A DNA stretch of 64,000 nt from an uncultured Chloroflexia bacterium. GTDB lineage: Bacteria > Chloroflexota > Dehalococcoidia > UBA2979. The stretch lies in assembly GCA_963728205.1 (NCBI GenBank), contig CAVSIV010000006.1, forward strand, positions 1,184,001 to 1,248,000. Reading direction: 5' to 3'. The notes beneath the pieces are model-generated. The model was not told the origin of the DNA. It saw only the letters and a list, made by a program, of their open reading frames with translations, and did no database searches. Shown one piece after another: positions 28,884-37,929 of this stretch; within the stretch, counting starts at the first letter, position 1, and every line of letters begins with the position of its first letter. A program made the position numbers and the translations under genes.

Positions 28884-29955
28884 ATGACCGAGCAGCGCAG
28901 CCGTCCCCTCCGCTACGCCGACGCCGGCGTGGACATCGCCGCAGCCGACGCCACCGTGCGCCGCTACGCGGACGTCGCGCGCCGCAGCTCGCGCCCGGAG
29001 GTGCTCGGTGGCGTCGGCGGCTTCGCGGGACTCTTCCGGCTCGGCGACCGCTTCCGCGACCCCGTGCTGGTCGCGGCGACCGACGGCGTCGGCACGAAGG
29101 TGCTGCTCGCCGCGGCTCTGGGCCGCTTCGAGACTGCGGGCCGCGACGTGGTGAACAACAACGTCAACGACATGCTCACCGTCGGCGCCGAGCCGCTGTT
29201 CTTCCTCGACTACATGGCGACGGCCGACCTGCCGCAGGCGCGCCGCGTCGAGATCGTGGAAGGCATCGGCGCCGCCTGCCGAGAACGGCATGGCGCTGCT
29301 CGGCGGCGAGACGGCCGACATGCCGGACATCTACCGCCCGGGCGACTTCGACCTCGCCGGCTTCGTCGTCGGCGTCGTCGAGCGCGAGGCGGTGATCGAC
29401 GGCTCACGGATGGCGGCCGGCGACGCGCTGCTCGCGCTGCCGTCGGGCGGTCTGCAGACGAACGGGTTCTCGCTGGTGCGGGAGGTCTGGGGGCTGGGTA
29501 AGGGCCTGGGGCTCGACCACGACGCGCGCGTGCTGAACGCGCACTACGAGGAGCTCGGGACGACGCTCGGCGACGCGCTCGTCGCGGAGCACCGCTCCTT
29601 CTGGCCGGCGCTGCGGCCGGTGATGGGGCGGCTGCACGGGCTCGCGCACATCACCGGGGGCGGCATTCCCGGCAACCTGTCGCGACCGTTCCCCGCGGAG
29701 CTCGCCGCGGAGATCGACCGCGCGTCGTGGACGCCGCCGGCGGTCTTCGATCTGATTCAGCGCACGGGCGGCGTCGAGGACGCCGAGATGTTCCGCACGT
29801 TCAACATGGGCGCGGGGATGATCGTCGCGGTCGCGACGGCCGACGCGGCCGACGTGCTGCGCGCGCTCCCCGACGGCGCGTGGCGCATCGGGACGGTCGT
29901 GGAGCGCGGCGACGGGCCCGCGGTCCGCGGGCTGCCGCTCGCCGCGGACGCCTGA
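28884..29955 (+). CDS. purM: AIR synthetase, frameshift near 29280
   Basis: YADAGVDI, GGFAGLF, TDGVGTK, EPLFFLDY in one frame; LLGGETADMP, AHITGGG, MFRTFNMG in another. Confidence 0.92.
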
Positions 29956-29994
29956 CCCGCGCCCGCCGTTTCGCATCGAGAGAGGAGTCGCCCC

Positions 29995-31566
29995 ATGCGC
30001 GCGATGCTCGCCGCATACGACAAGACCGGCATCGTCGACTTCGCGCGTGGGCTGCACGCGCTGGGCTGGGAGCTGGTCGCGACCGGTGGGACGGCGCGCA
30101 GCGTGGCCGAGGCCGGCGTGCCCGTCACCGAGGTCGCGGCGTATACCGGCAGCCCGGAGATGCTCGGCGGCCGCGTGAAGACCCTCCACCCGAAGGTGCA
30201 CGGCGGCATCCTGTTCCGCCGCGGCCATGCCGAGGACGAGGCCGAGGTGGCGCAGTACCAGGTGCCGTCGATCGACCTCGTTGCGTCCAATCTCTACCCG
30301 TTCATCGACACCGTCGCGCGCGGCGCGACCCTGCCCGAGGCGCTCGAGCAGATCGACATCGGCGGCCCGACGATGATCCGCGCGGCCGCGAAGAACCACC
30401 CGTGGGTGCTGCCGATCGTCGACCCCGCCGACTACGCGACGATCCTCGACGCGCTGCGCGCGGCGCAGGGCGCGCCTGCCGGCGTCGACATGGAGGCGCG
30501 TCGCCGGCTCGCCGCGAAGGCGTTCCAGCACGTCGCGCACTACGACACCGCGATCGCCGAGTACCTGCGCGGCGACGGCGACCTGCTGCCCGATCAGCTC
30601 ACCGTCGGCATGACGCGCCTCACGGAGCTGCGGTACGGCGAGAACCCGCACCAGCGGGGCGCCTTCTACACGCTCGATTCCGTGCGCACGCCGGTGGAGG
30701 GCATCGGCGCGTTCGTGCAGCACCACGGCAAGGCGATGTCCTACGTGAACTTCCTCGACGCAGATGCTGCCTACAACCTGGTGTGCGACTTCGAGCCGCC
30801 GGCGATGGCGATCATCAAGCACACGAACCCGGCGTGCTTTGCCAGCGGCGACGAGCCGATCGCCGCGCTCTACGAACGGGCGCTCCGCGAGGGCGACTAC
30901 GTCTCCGCGTACGGCGGCATCGTCGCGTCGAACCGCGTGGTCGACATGGACTACGCGAAGGCGCTGCGCGAGGTCCTGAGCCCCGGCACGGGCGGCCGCA
31001 TGTTCTATGAGATCGTGATCGCGCCCGGGTACGAGCCGGACGCGCTCGAGCACCTGAAGAAGAAGTCGAAGGACCTGCGCATCCTCGAGGCGCCGATCGG
31101 TGCGCCGCACCGCGAGCGCATGGAGTTCCGCAGCCTGCGCGGCGGCGTGCTCGTCGAGACCGCCGACGTCTCGCAGGACGCGACGTTCGACGTGGTGAGC
31201 GAGCGCCAGCCGACCGCGGCGGAGCTGGCCGATCTGCAGCGGGCCTGGGTCGTGTGCAAGCACGTGAAGTCGAACGCGGTGGCGTTCGTGAAGGACGGCG
31301 TGCTGATCGGGATGGGCGCCGGGCAGCCGAATCGCGTCGGCAGCGCCCGGCTGTGCGCCGAGCAGGCGGGCGAGCGGGCCCGCGGGGCGGTGGCCGCGAC
31401 CGACGCGCTGATCCCATTCCCGGACACGGTCGAGGTGTGCGCCGCCGCCGGCTGCACGGTGGTCGCGCACACGGGCGGTTCGATCCGCGACGACGAGTCG
31501 GTCGCGGCGGCGAACCGGCTGCGGGTGACGCTGATCACGACGGGCGTGCGCCACTTCCGGCACTGA
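29995..31566 (+). CDS. purH: AICAR transformylase / IMP cyclohydrolase
   Basis: GRVKTLHP, IDIGGPTM, AAAKN, LRYGENPHQ, KHTNP, KHVKSNA, RHFRH. Confidence 0.96.
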   Translation: MRAMLAAYDKTGIVDFARGLHALGWELVATGGTARSVAEAGVPVTEVAAYTGSPEMLGGRVKTLHPKVHGGILFRRGHAEDEAEVAQYQVPSIDLVASNLYPFIDTVARGATLPEALEQIDIGGPTMIRAAAKNHPWVLPIVDPADYATILDALRAAQGAPAGVDMEARRRLAAKAFQHVAHYDTAIAEYLRGDGDLLPDQLTVGMTRLTELRYGENPHQRGAFYTLDSVRTPVEGIGAFVQHHGKAMSYVNFLDADAAYNLVCDFEPPAMAIIKHTNPACFASGDEPIAALYERALREGDYVSAYGGIVASNRVVDMDYAKALREVLSPGTGGRMFYEIVIAPGYEPDALEHLKKKSKDLRILEAPIGAPHRERMEFRSLRGGVLVETADVSQDATFDVVSERQPTAAELADLQRAWVVCKHVKSNAVAFVKDGVLIGMGAGQPNRVGSARLCAEQAGERARGAVAATDALIPFPDTVEVCAAAGCTVVAHTGGSIRDDESVAAANRLRVTLITTGVRHFRH

Positions 31567-31698
31567 GCGCTGCCGAGCGAGCGGCGGTGCCGGCCCGTCG
31601 CGGCGCGCCGGGCGGCGGCCGTTCCGGCCCCGCTCGCTTCGCGGGTGCCGCGCTCGCTGCGGTGATGTCAGGGCCAAACCTCACTACCATCGTCGTCC

Positions 31699-32445
31699 AT
31701 GGCCACCGTCGACATCGTCATCCCCGTCTACAACGAAGAGCACGTGCTCGAGCGCAGCGTGCACACCGTGCTCGACTTCCTGGACCACCACCCCGAGCAC
31801 GAGTGGCGCATCGTCGTTGCGAACAACGCCTCGTCCGACGGCACGCTCGAGGTCGCACGGCGGCTTGAGGGGCAGTTCCCGGCGCACGTGGCCGCGCTGC
31901 ACGTGCCCGTGAAGGGGCGCGGCATCGCGCTGCGTACCGCGTGGCTCACCTCCGAGGCCGACGTCATGGGGTACATGGACGTCGACCTCTCGACCGACCT
32001 GCGGCACCTGCCCGAGCTCGTGGACCCCATCGCGGACGGTCGGTTCGACCTGGCATACGGGTCGCGCCTGCACCCGCGCTCGCAGACCAGCCGCGGGCTG
32101 AAGCGCGAGGTCACCTCGCGCGGGTACGTCCTCGTGCTCCGCTACCTCGCGGGCCTGCGCGTCAGCGACGCCCAGTGCGGATTCAAGGCGATCAGCCGGG
32201 AGGCCGCCCGCGCACTCGTGCCGCTCGTGCGCGACACGCAGTGGTTCTTCGACTCCGAGCTGCTGCTGGTCGCGCAGCGCAACGGCTACCGGATGCTGGA
32301 GGTGCCTGTGCACTGGGTGGAAGACCGCGACACGCGGGTCCACGTGCTGCGCACGGCGATGGAGGATCTGCGCGGCATCTGGCGCATGCGGCGGAGCGGC
32401 GTGCCCATCGTCGCCGGACGCGGCGCCGACGGGCCGCGCCCGTAA
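31699..32445 (+). CDS. GT2 polyprenol-phosphate glycosyltransferase
   Basis: IVIPVYNEE, SSDGT, YMDVDLS, GSR, DAQCGFKA, WFFDSELL. Confidence 0.9.
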   Translation: MATVDIVIPVYNEEHVLERSVHTVLDFLDHHPEHEWRIVVANNASSDGTLEVARRLEGQFPAHVAALHVPVKGRGIALRTAWLTSEADVMGYMDVDLSTDLRHLPELVDPIADGRFDLAYGSRLHPRSQTSRGLKREVTSRGYVLVLRYLAGLRVSDAQCGFKAISREAARALVPLVRDTQWFFDSELLLVAQRNGYRMLEVPVHWVEDRDTRVHVLRTAMEDLRGIWRMRRSGVPIVAGRGADGPRP

Positions 32446-32506
32446 TGCGACAAGCAGACGCGCGCGTCCTCGGGGCGGGCGGCGATTCCGCCCACCGGCT
32501 GATTCC

Positions 32507-32536
32507 TTGACCCTAGCCGATCGGCGTAGATAGCAT
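32507..32536 (+). promoter_or_regulatory. Putative promoter of the Rieske/cytb operon
   Basis: TTGACC-N18-TAGCAT. Confidence 0.45.
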
Positions 32537-32608
32537 CGGCCGCGGCCGCGCCGGGGTCGCCCTGTCCGCGGATCCCGCCACGCCGAGTGTCCTCGAAGGG
32601 TGAAGCCG

Positions 32609-32710
32609 ATGATTGGTGAGGGCGAAGGCCTCGAGCTTCTTGGCGTGTTCATCACCTTCATGACCGGGCTCGCCATCATGGTGCTGCTCGGGAAGTGGTG
32701 GGAAGCCTGA
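32609..32710 (+). CDS. 33-aa single-TM microprotein
   Basis: MIGEGEGLELLGVFITFMTGLAIMVLLGKWWEA; GAAGGG RBS; GC3-rich codons. Confidence 0.65.
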   Translation: MIGEGEGLELLGVFITFMTGLAIMVLLGKWWEA

Positions 32711-32789
32711 GCGTCTGCGCGTACCGGCAGCGCGGCCTTGCGCCGTCGGGTCCGCACGTCGACCGGTGTACGGAAATTAGGAACTGCTA

Positions 32790-33545
32790 ATGGCGACGAC
32801 TGAGCGACCCGAACACCGCGCCCTGGGGGATCGCCTCTACGACGGCATCTTCCACAACCGGGTGTGGCAGTCGATCTTCCGCTCGGGGTACCCGAACACC
32901 CCGCGCAACCAGATGCTCGCCGTCGCCACCAACGTCTTCCTGCACCTGCACCCGACGCGCATCCACCGCACGCACGTCAAGATCACGCACACGTTCTGCC
33001 TTGGCGGGCTGTCGTTCTTCCTGTTCCTCGGCCTGACCATTACCGGCGTGCTCCTGATGTTCTATTACGTGCCGTCTACCGACCGCGCGTACACGGACAT
33101 CCTCGCGTTGCAGAACGACGTCCGCTTCGGCCAGCTGATGCGCAACCTGCACCGCTGGATGGCCCACGGCATGGTGCTGCTGGTGCTCATGCACATGATG
33201 CGGGTGTTCTACACCGGCGCGTACAAGCCGCCTCGCGAGTTCAACTGGGTCGTGGGCGTCGTGCTGCTGGTGATCACGCTGCTGCTCTCGTTCACCGGGT
33301 ACCTGCTCCCGTGGGACCAGCTGGCCATCTGGGCCATCACGGTCGGCACGAACATGGTCGGGTCGGCGCCGATCCTCGGGCCGGCAAACCGGTTCGTCCT
33401 GGTCGGTGGCTTCCAGGTGGGGCAGAATGCGCTCATCCGCTTCTACACCCTGCACGTGATCGGACTCCCGCTGCTCGCAGCGGTGTTCATGACGGTGCAC
33501 TTCTGGCGCATTCGCCGCGACGGCGGCCTCGCGCGGCCCCTGTAA
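32790..33545 (+). CDS. petB: Cytochrome b6-type subunit of a Rieske/cytochrome b complex
   Basis: FCLGG (heme ci Cys), HRW..H pair, [11 protein letters not shown], second His pair separated by 14 residues (b6 spacing). Confidence 0.9.
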   Translation: MATTERPEHRALGDRLYDGIFHNRVWQSIFRSGYPNTPRNQMLAVATNVFLHLHPTRIHRTHVKITHTFCLGGLSFFLFLGLTITGVLLMFYYVPSTDRAYTDILALQNDVRFGQLMRNLHRWMAHGMVLLVLMHMMRVFYTGAYKPPREFNWVVGVVLLVITLLLSFTGYLLPWDQLAIWAITVGTNMVGSAPILGPANRFVLVGGFQVGQNALIRFYTLHVIGLPLLAAVFMTVHFWRIRRDGGLARPL

Positions 33546-33566
33546 GCCGAGGTCGGGAGGACACTC

Positions 33567-34442
33567 ATGGCAGTCGCACGCTCGGTTCCGCCTGAGCCCG
33601 TCTCGCAGGCCGTGCGCGGTCGTCAGCGCCGCCAGCGCGAAGAAGAGCTGCTGGTATGGCCGGATCTCGTCTTCATCGAGTTCATCGCCGCGGTCGTGTT
33701 CACGATCTGCCTCACGATCCTCGCGGTGCTCGTGAACGCGGTGCTCCTGGACCAGGCGAACCCGAACGTCACGCCGAACCCGTCGAAGGCGCCGTGGTAC
33801 TTCCTGAATCTGCAGGAGATGCTGCTGCACATGAACCCGGCGCTCGCCGGCGTGGTCGTGCCGACCATCGCCCTCGTGCTCCTCGGCGCCATCCCCTACG
33901 TCGACCGGTCGCACGAAGGCCAGGGCGAGTGGTGGGGCACCCCGCGGTCCAAGCAGATCACGGTCTTCATGACCGTGGTCTCACCGATCATCACAGTGGT
34001 CCTCATCCTCTTCGACTCGTCGAAGCACGTGCAGCTCTACGAGATCATCACCGGCAAGACCTGGCCCACGCGGCTGAGCTGGCTCAGCAGCGTGCGGTCG
34101 ATTCAGACCGATCTCCCGTGGCCGGACTGGACGAAACACATCCCGCTCGGCTCGAAGGTGCTGCGCACGGACCTGATCGGGCTGCCGAAGATCAACCTCG
34201 ACATCAACTTCCCGGCCGTGCTCGTCGAGCAGATCATCCCGGTCACTTTGATGGTGGGCTTCCCGGCGATCCTCTGCCTGGTCGCCTGGCGCATCCGCCT
34301 GTGCCGGAACCGGCGCGATTTCATGATCCTGCTCTTCACCGGGTTCATCGCGGTGTACGTGACGATGACCATCGTCGGGACGTTCTTCCGGGGCCACAGC
34401 CAGACGCTGGTGCCGTACAGCATCTTCTCGACGGAAGGCTGA
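33567..34442 (+). CDS. petD: Cytochrome b subunit IV-like protein (extended)
   Basis: WPDL, ANPNVTPNPSKAPWYF, IPYVD, GTFFRG. Confidence 0.8.
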   Translation: MAVARSVPPEPVSQAVRGRQRRQREEELLVWPDLVFIEFIAAVVFTICLTILAVLVNAVLLDQANPNVTPNPSKAPWYFLNLQEMLLHMNPALAGVVVPTIALVLLGAIPYVDRSHEGQGEWWGTPRSKQITVFMTVVSPIITVVLILFDSSKHVQLYEIITGKTWPTRLSWLSSVRSIQTDLPWPDWTKHIPLGSKVLRTDLIGLPKINLDINFPAVLVEQIIPVTLMVGFPAILCLVAWRIRLCRNRRDFMILLFTGFIAVYVTMTIVGTFFRGHSQTLVPYSIFSTEG

Positions 34443-34488
34443 GCGAGGCCCGAGGAGCAAGACGCCACCGGCGGAGAGGTAAGACGGA

Positions 34489-35154
34489 GTGACGAACGAA
34501 ACGCAGACCACGGAAGAGCGGCCGGAGGCGGCGCCGACCGACGCCTGGCGCGCGGCGATCGCCTCGCGCAAGACGCAGATCGCGCGCACCGAGGGCGTGC
34601 CGAGCGTGCAGGCGGCGCCGATCGAAGCGGACCTCTCGCGCCGGCGCTTCATCCGGGCATCGTTCTTCAGCGGACTCGGCGTGACGCTGCTGGGAAGCGT
34701 CGGGCTCTTCGTCGACTACTTCTATCCTCGGCACGTGAAGGGCTTCGGCGGCCCCGTCCCGGCCGGGAAGGTGTCGGACTACCCGCAGGGTGCGGACCCG
34801 GTGCACAACCTGGACGGTCAGTTCTGGATCGCGAACCTCGACCCGAAGGAGACGCGCAAGGGCGGCACGGGCGGCGCCGAGGGCTTCCTGGCGCTGTGGC
34901 ACAAGTGTCCGCACCTCGGCTGCACGGTGCCCTGGCGCCCGGAGTTCGAGTTCGAGGGCGACAAGGGCTGGTACCGCTGCCCCTGCCACGGCTCGACCTA
35001 CACGAAGGCAGGCGTCCGCGTCTACGGTCCGGCACCGCATGGCATGGACGTGATGACGGTCGAGATCGACAAGTCCGGGAACATCACGGTCCAGACGGGC
35101 GACATCACGATCGGTGGCCCGAACAACCCGAAACTCGCCGTGAAACCAGCGTGA
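34489..35154 (+). CDS. petC: Rieske 2Fe-2S subunit
   Basis: Tat motif SRRRF plus TM anchor; CPHLGC and CPCHGSTY. Confidence 0.93.
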   Translation: MTNETQTTEERPEAAPTDAWRAAIASRKTQIARTEGVPSVQAAPIEADLSRRRFIRASFFSGLGVTLLGSVGLFVDYFYPRHVKGFGGPVPAGKVSDYPQGADPVHNLDGQFWIANLDPKETRKGGTGGAEGFLALWHKCPHLGCTVPWRPEFEFEGDKGWYRCPCHGSTYTKAGVRVYGPAPHGMDVMTVEIDKSGNITVQTGDITIGGPNNPKLAVKPA

Positions 35155-35200
35155 TCGCACGCGTCTCCCGGGACACTGACTTCAGCAGATCGGCGGCTAC

Positions 35201-36589
35201 ATGAACACGAGCAAGCAAGTCAACGCGATGATCGGGTTCCTGTTCCTCGCGTTTCTCGTGTTCGCCGCCTACTACGCATACGAACCGCACCGCGAAGCGC
35301 AGGCCACGCAGACGCAGCAGGACGTGTTTGCCGAGCGCGGCGCCACGCTGTTCGTGAAGAACTGCCGCACGTGTCACGGCCTCGACGGCAACGGCCCGCT
35401 CGAGGGCGGCGTCGGACCGCAGCTCAACACGCCTGCGTTCGTGATCCTGCAGCCGGACAACAAGTTCGGCCTGCCGCCGACCTCCGCCGGAGTGACGAAG
35501 CAGATCACGGACTTCCTCACCGAGACCATCGCGTGCGGCCGCGCCAACACCTTCATGCCCACATGGGCGCAGTCAAACGGCGGAACGCTCTCCGCGATCC
35601 AGGTCCAGTACATCGTCAGCATGATCACGCAGGGTCGCTGGGACCTCGTGAAGTCGATCGGCGAGGCGACGGACGCGGAGACGGGGCAGACCGCCAAGGA
35701 CATCGTCCAGAGCGACCCGTCGAAGCTGTCTGTCAACACGAACCACTGCGGGCAGTTCACCGCCGACTACGTCTCGGAGCTGCGCAAGCGCGACCCGTTC
35801 CACCCGAACGCCGCGACGGCGACGCCGAGCCCGACGGCGACCGCTACCCCGGCGGCGCCGAGCGGACCGGTCGCCGGGAAGATGGCCGTCACCGAGAAGG
35901 AATTCTCGGTCTCGGTTGACCAGTCGAGCATTGCGGCGGGCAACGTCGAGTTCGACGTGAAGAACGCCGGCTCGATCGTGCACGACATTCGCATCATCAA
36001 GACGGACCTCGCGCCGGACAAGCTACCGGTGGCCGGCGGCCTGGTGGACGAGTCTCAGGTCGACGTGGTCGGCAAGATCGACACCGTGAGCCCGGGATTG
36101 ACGCAGACCGTCAACGTCCAGCTGGAGCCCGGCAAGTACGTGATCATCTGCAACGTGCCCGGGCACTACCAGCTCGGCATGCGTACCGGCTTCACGGTCA
36201 CGGCCGCGACGGGCGGCGGCTCCGCGACTCCGTCGCCGTCCGGGACGGCGAGCCAGGCAGCGACGCTGGCCGTCACCGAGAAGGAGTTCTCGATCTCCCT
36301 CGGCCAGGCGAGCGTGGCCGCAGGTGACGTGACGCTCGACGTCAAGAACGCGGGCGCGATCGCCCACGACATCCGGGTCATCAAGACCGACCTCGCGCCG
36401 GACAAGCTGCCCGTGGCGGGCGGGCAGGTGGACGAGAGCCAGGTCGACGTGGTCGGTAAGATCGACACCGTGAAGCCCGGGAGCTCTCAGCAACTCCAGG
36501 TCAAGCTGCAGCCGGGGCACTACGTGATCATCTGCAACGTCCCCGGGCACTACCAGCTCGGCATGCACACCGAGTTCACGGTGCAATAG
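35201..36589 (+). CDS. Membrane-anchored cytochrome c fused to two cupredoxin (type 1 copper) domains
   Basis: N-terminal TM, CRTCH, distal FMP; two repeats each with HDIR and CNVPGHYQLGM. Confidence 0.9.
   Translation: MNTSKQVNAMIGFLFLAFLVFAAYYAYEPHREAQATQTQQDVFAERGATLFVKNCRTCHGLDGNGPLEGGVGPQLNTPAFVILQPDNKFGLPPTSAGVTKQITDFLTETIACGRANTFMPTWAQSNGGTLSAIQVQYIVSMITQGRWDLVKSIGEATDAETGQTAKDIVQSDPSKLSVNTNHCGQFTADYVSELRKRDPFHPNAATATPSPTATATPAAPSGPVAGKMAVTEKEFSVSVDQSSIAAGNVEFDVKNAGSIVHDIRIIKTDLAPDKLPVAGGLVDESQVDVVGKIDTVSPGLTQTVNVQLEPGKYVIICNVPGHYQLGMRTGFTVTAATGGGSATPSPSGTASQAATLAVTEKEFSISLGQASVAAGDVTLDVKNAGAIAHDIRVIKTDLAPDKLPVAGGQVDESQVDVVGKIDTVKPGSSQQLQVKLQPGHYVIICNVPGHYQLGMHTEFTVQ
35885..36586 (+). 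repeat. Intragenic duplication of the cupredoxin domain (period 384 nt)
   Basis: Copies start at 35885 and 36269 (GCCGTCACCGAGAAGGA) and share long identical DNA runs. Confidence 0.85.
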
Positions 36590-36614
36590 CGGCGGACGTG
36601 CAATAGCGGCGGAC
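36581..36614. repeat. 17-bp perfect tandem duplication over the stop codon
   Basis: GTGCAATAGCGGCGGAC x2. Confidence 0.85.
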
Positions 36615-36683
36615 GCGCACGAGAACGATTCGCGGGCTCGCCTGGCGGCGGGTGGCAGCGCGCAGCACGAGGGGGTTGGATCG

Positions 36684-36803
36684 ATGGCAGCAACGACCGG
36701 GAAGCGATACCGCTGTCCGAACTGCGGCGCGGAGTTCATCGTGACGCGCGGGTCGGACGAGGGCGAGCTCCGCTGCGGCGACACGCCGCTCGAGCAGCTG
36801 TAG
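36684..36803 (+). CDS. 39-aa desulforedoxin-like microprotein
   Basis: MAATTGKRYRCPNCGAEFIVTRGSDEGELRCGDTPLEQL; GAGGGG RBS. Confidence 0.75.
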   Translation: MAATTGKRYRCPNCGAEFIVTRGSDEGELRCGDTPLEQL

Positions 36804-36822
36804 GCAGCAGGGGGACGCCGAT

Positions 36823-36966
36823 ATGGCCGTGGCACTCGGTAAGCGCTACAAGGACGAGCAGACCGGCATCGAGCTGCTCTGCATCAAGCCGGGCGACTGC
36901 AACCTCAACGTCGACGGGCGCGGCATGGAGGAGCTCCAGCCGAAGGTGCTGCCGTCCGCCGACTAA
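36823..36966 (+). CDS. 47-aa microprotein, apparent paralog of the preceding gene
   Basis: MAVALGKRYKDEQTGIELLCIKPGDCNLNVDGRGMEELQPKVLPSAD; AGGGGG RBS. Confidence 0.75.
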   Translation: MAVALGKRYKDEQTGIELLCIKPGDCNLNVDGRGMEELQPKVLPSAD

Positions 36967-37028
36967 GCCCGTCGCCCGGCTGGCGAGCGTTTCTCGCTCG
37001 CAGGTCGGCCGCGGGGACACCGGCGCGT

Positions 37029-37057
37029 TTGACGTGCCGGTGAACGTTTCCTAGCAT
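37029..37057 (+). promoter_or_regulatory. Sigma70-type promoter of rpsU
   Basis: TTGACG-N17-TAGCAT. Confidence 0.6.
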
Positions 37058-37132
37058 GAATGTTCGCGTCACGCTGCGCATCAGTTGCGCGGACGCGTCA
37101 CAATGCGTGCACGTTGAGGATGGTGATTCGAT

Positions 37133-37342
37133 TTGTCGGAAGTCTACGTCGGGGAATCGGAATCGCTGGACGCGGCACTGCGCCGGTTCAACAAGCGCGT
37201 GCAGGCCGACGGGATTCTGACCGACGTCCGACGGCACGAGTACTACGAGAAGCCGTCGGAGCGACGCAAGAAGAAGGAAGCCTCGCGCCGCCGCAAGCTG
37301 CGGAAGGCGCTGCTCAAGCAGAAGCAGCGACGGGAGCTCTAG
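37133..37342 (+). CDS. rpsU: 30S ribosomal protein bS21
   Basis: [12 protein letters not shown]...[16 protein letters not shown]; TTG start. Confidence 0.95.
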   Translation: MSEVYVGESESLDAALRRFNKRVQADGILTDVRRHEYYEKPSERRKKKEASRRRKLRKALLKQKQRREL

Positions 37343-37351
37343 TCCCGGAGC

Positions 37352-37380
37352 GGAAACCCCGGCAGCCCCGGGGTTTCTTG
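37352..37380 (+). terminator. Intrinsic terminator after rpsU
   Basis: GAAACCCCGG-CAGCC-CCGGGGTTTC followed by TTG. Confidence 0.7.
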
Positions 37381-37434
37381 TCGGAGGGGACCGGCGGCCG
37401 GCTCGCGCCGGGCCGCCGAGCGGGAGGAGAGGCG

Positions 37435-37887
37435 ATGATGCCCGGCATCCCCGACCAGATTCGCGCCGAGATGACCACGGCGATGAAGTCCGGCGACGCG
37501 CAGCGCCGCGATGCCCTCCGACTGCTGATCGCCGCGTTCCAGAACGCACGCATCGCGGCCGGCCACGAGCTCTCCGACGAGGAGGCCGTGCGCACGCTGC
37601 AACGCGAAGCCCGGCAGCGGCGCGACTCAATCGAGGAGTACCGGCGCGGCAACCGCGACGACCTCGTCGCACGCGAGGAGTACGAGCTCGCGATCATCGA
37701 CGCGTATCTCCCTCAGGCGCTCTCGGAGGACGAGGTCCGCTCCCTCGCGCGTGCCACAATCGACGAAGTGGGCGCGTCCGGGCCCACCGACGTCGGCAAG
37801 GTGATGGGCCCGCTGATGGCGCGCCTTGCCGGCCGCGCCGACGGGAGGCGAGCGAACGAGATCGTGCGCGAGCTGCTGGCGGGCTGA
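37435..37887 (+). CDS. GatB/YqeY domain protein
   Basis: AMKSGD, QRRDSIEEY, YLPQALSE, VGKVMG, GRADG. Confidence 0.92.
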   Translation: MMPGIPDQIRAEMTTAMKSGDAQRRDALRLLIAAFQNARIAAGHELSDEEAVRTLQREARQRRDSIEEYRRGNRDDLVAREEYELAIIDAYLPQALSEDEVRSLARATIDEVGASGPTDVGKVMGPLMARLAGRADGRRANEIVRELLAG

Positions 37888-37929
37888 GCGGCCGGTCACG
37901 CCGGTCGCCGCCCGGCGAGGCGGTCGACG

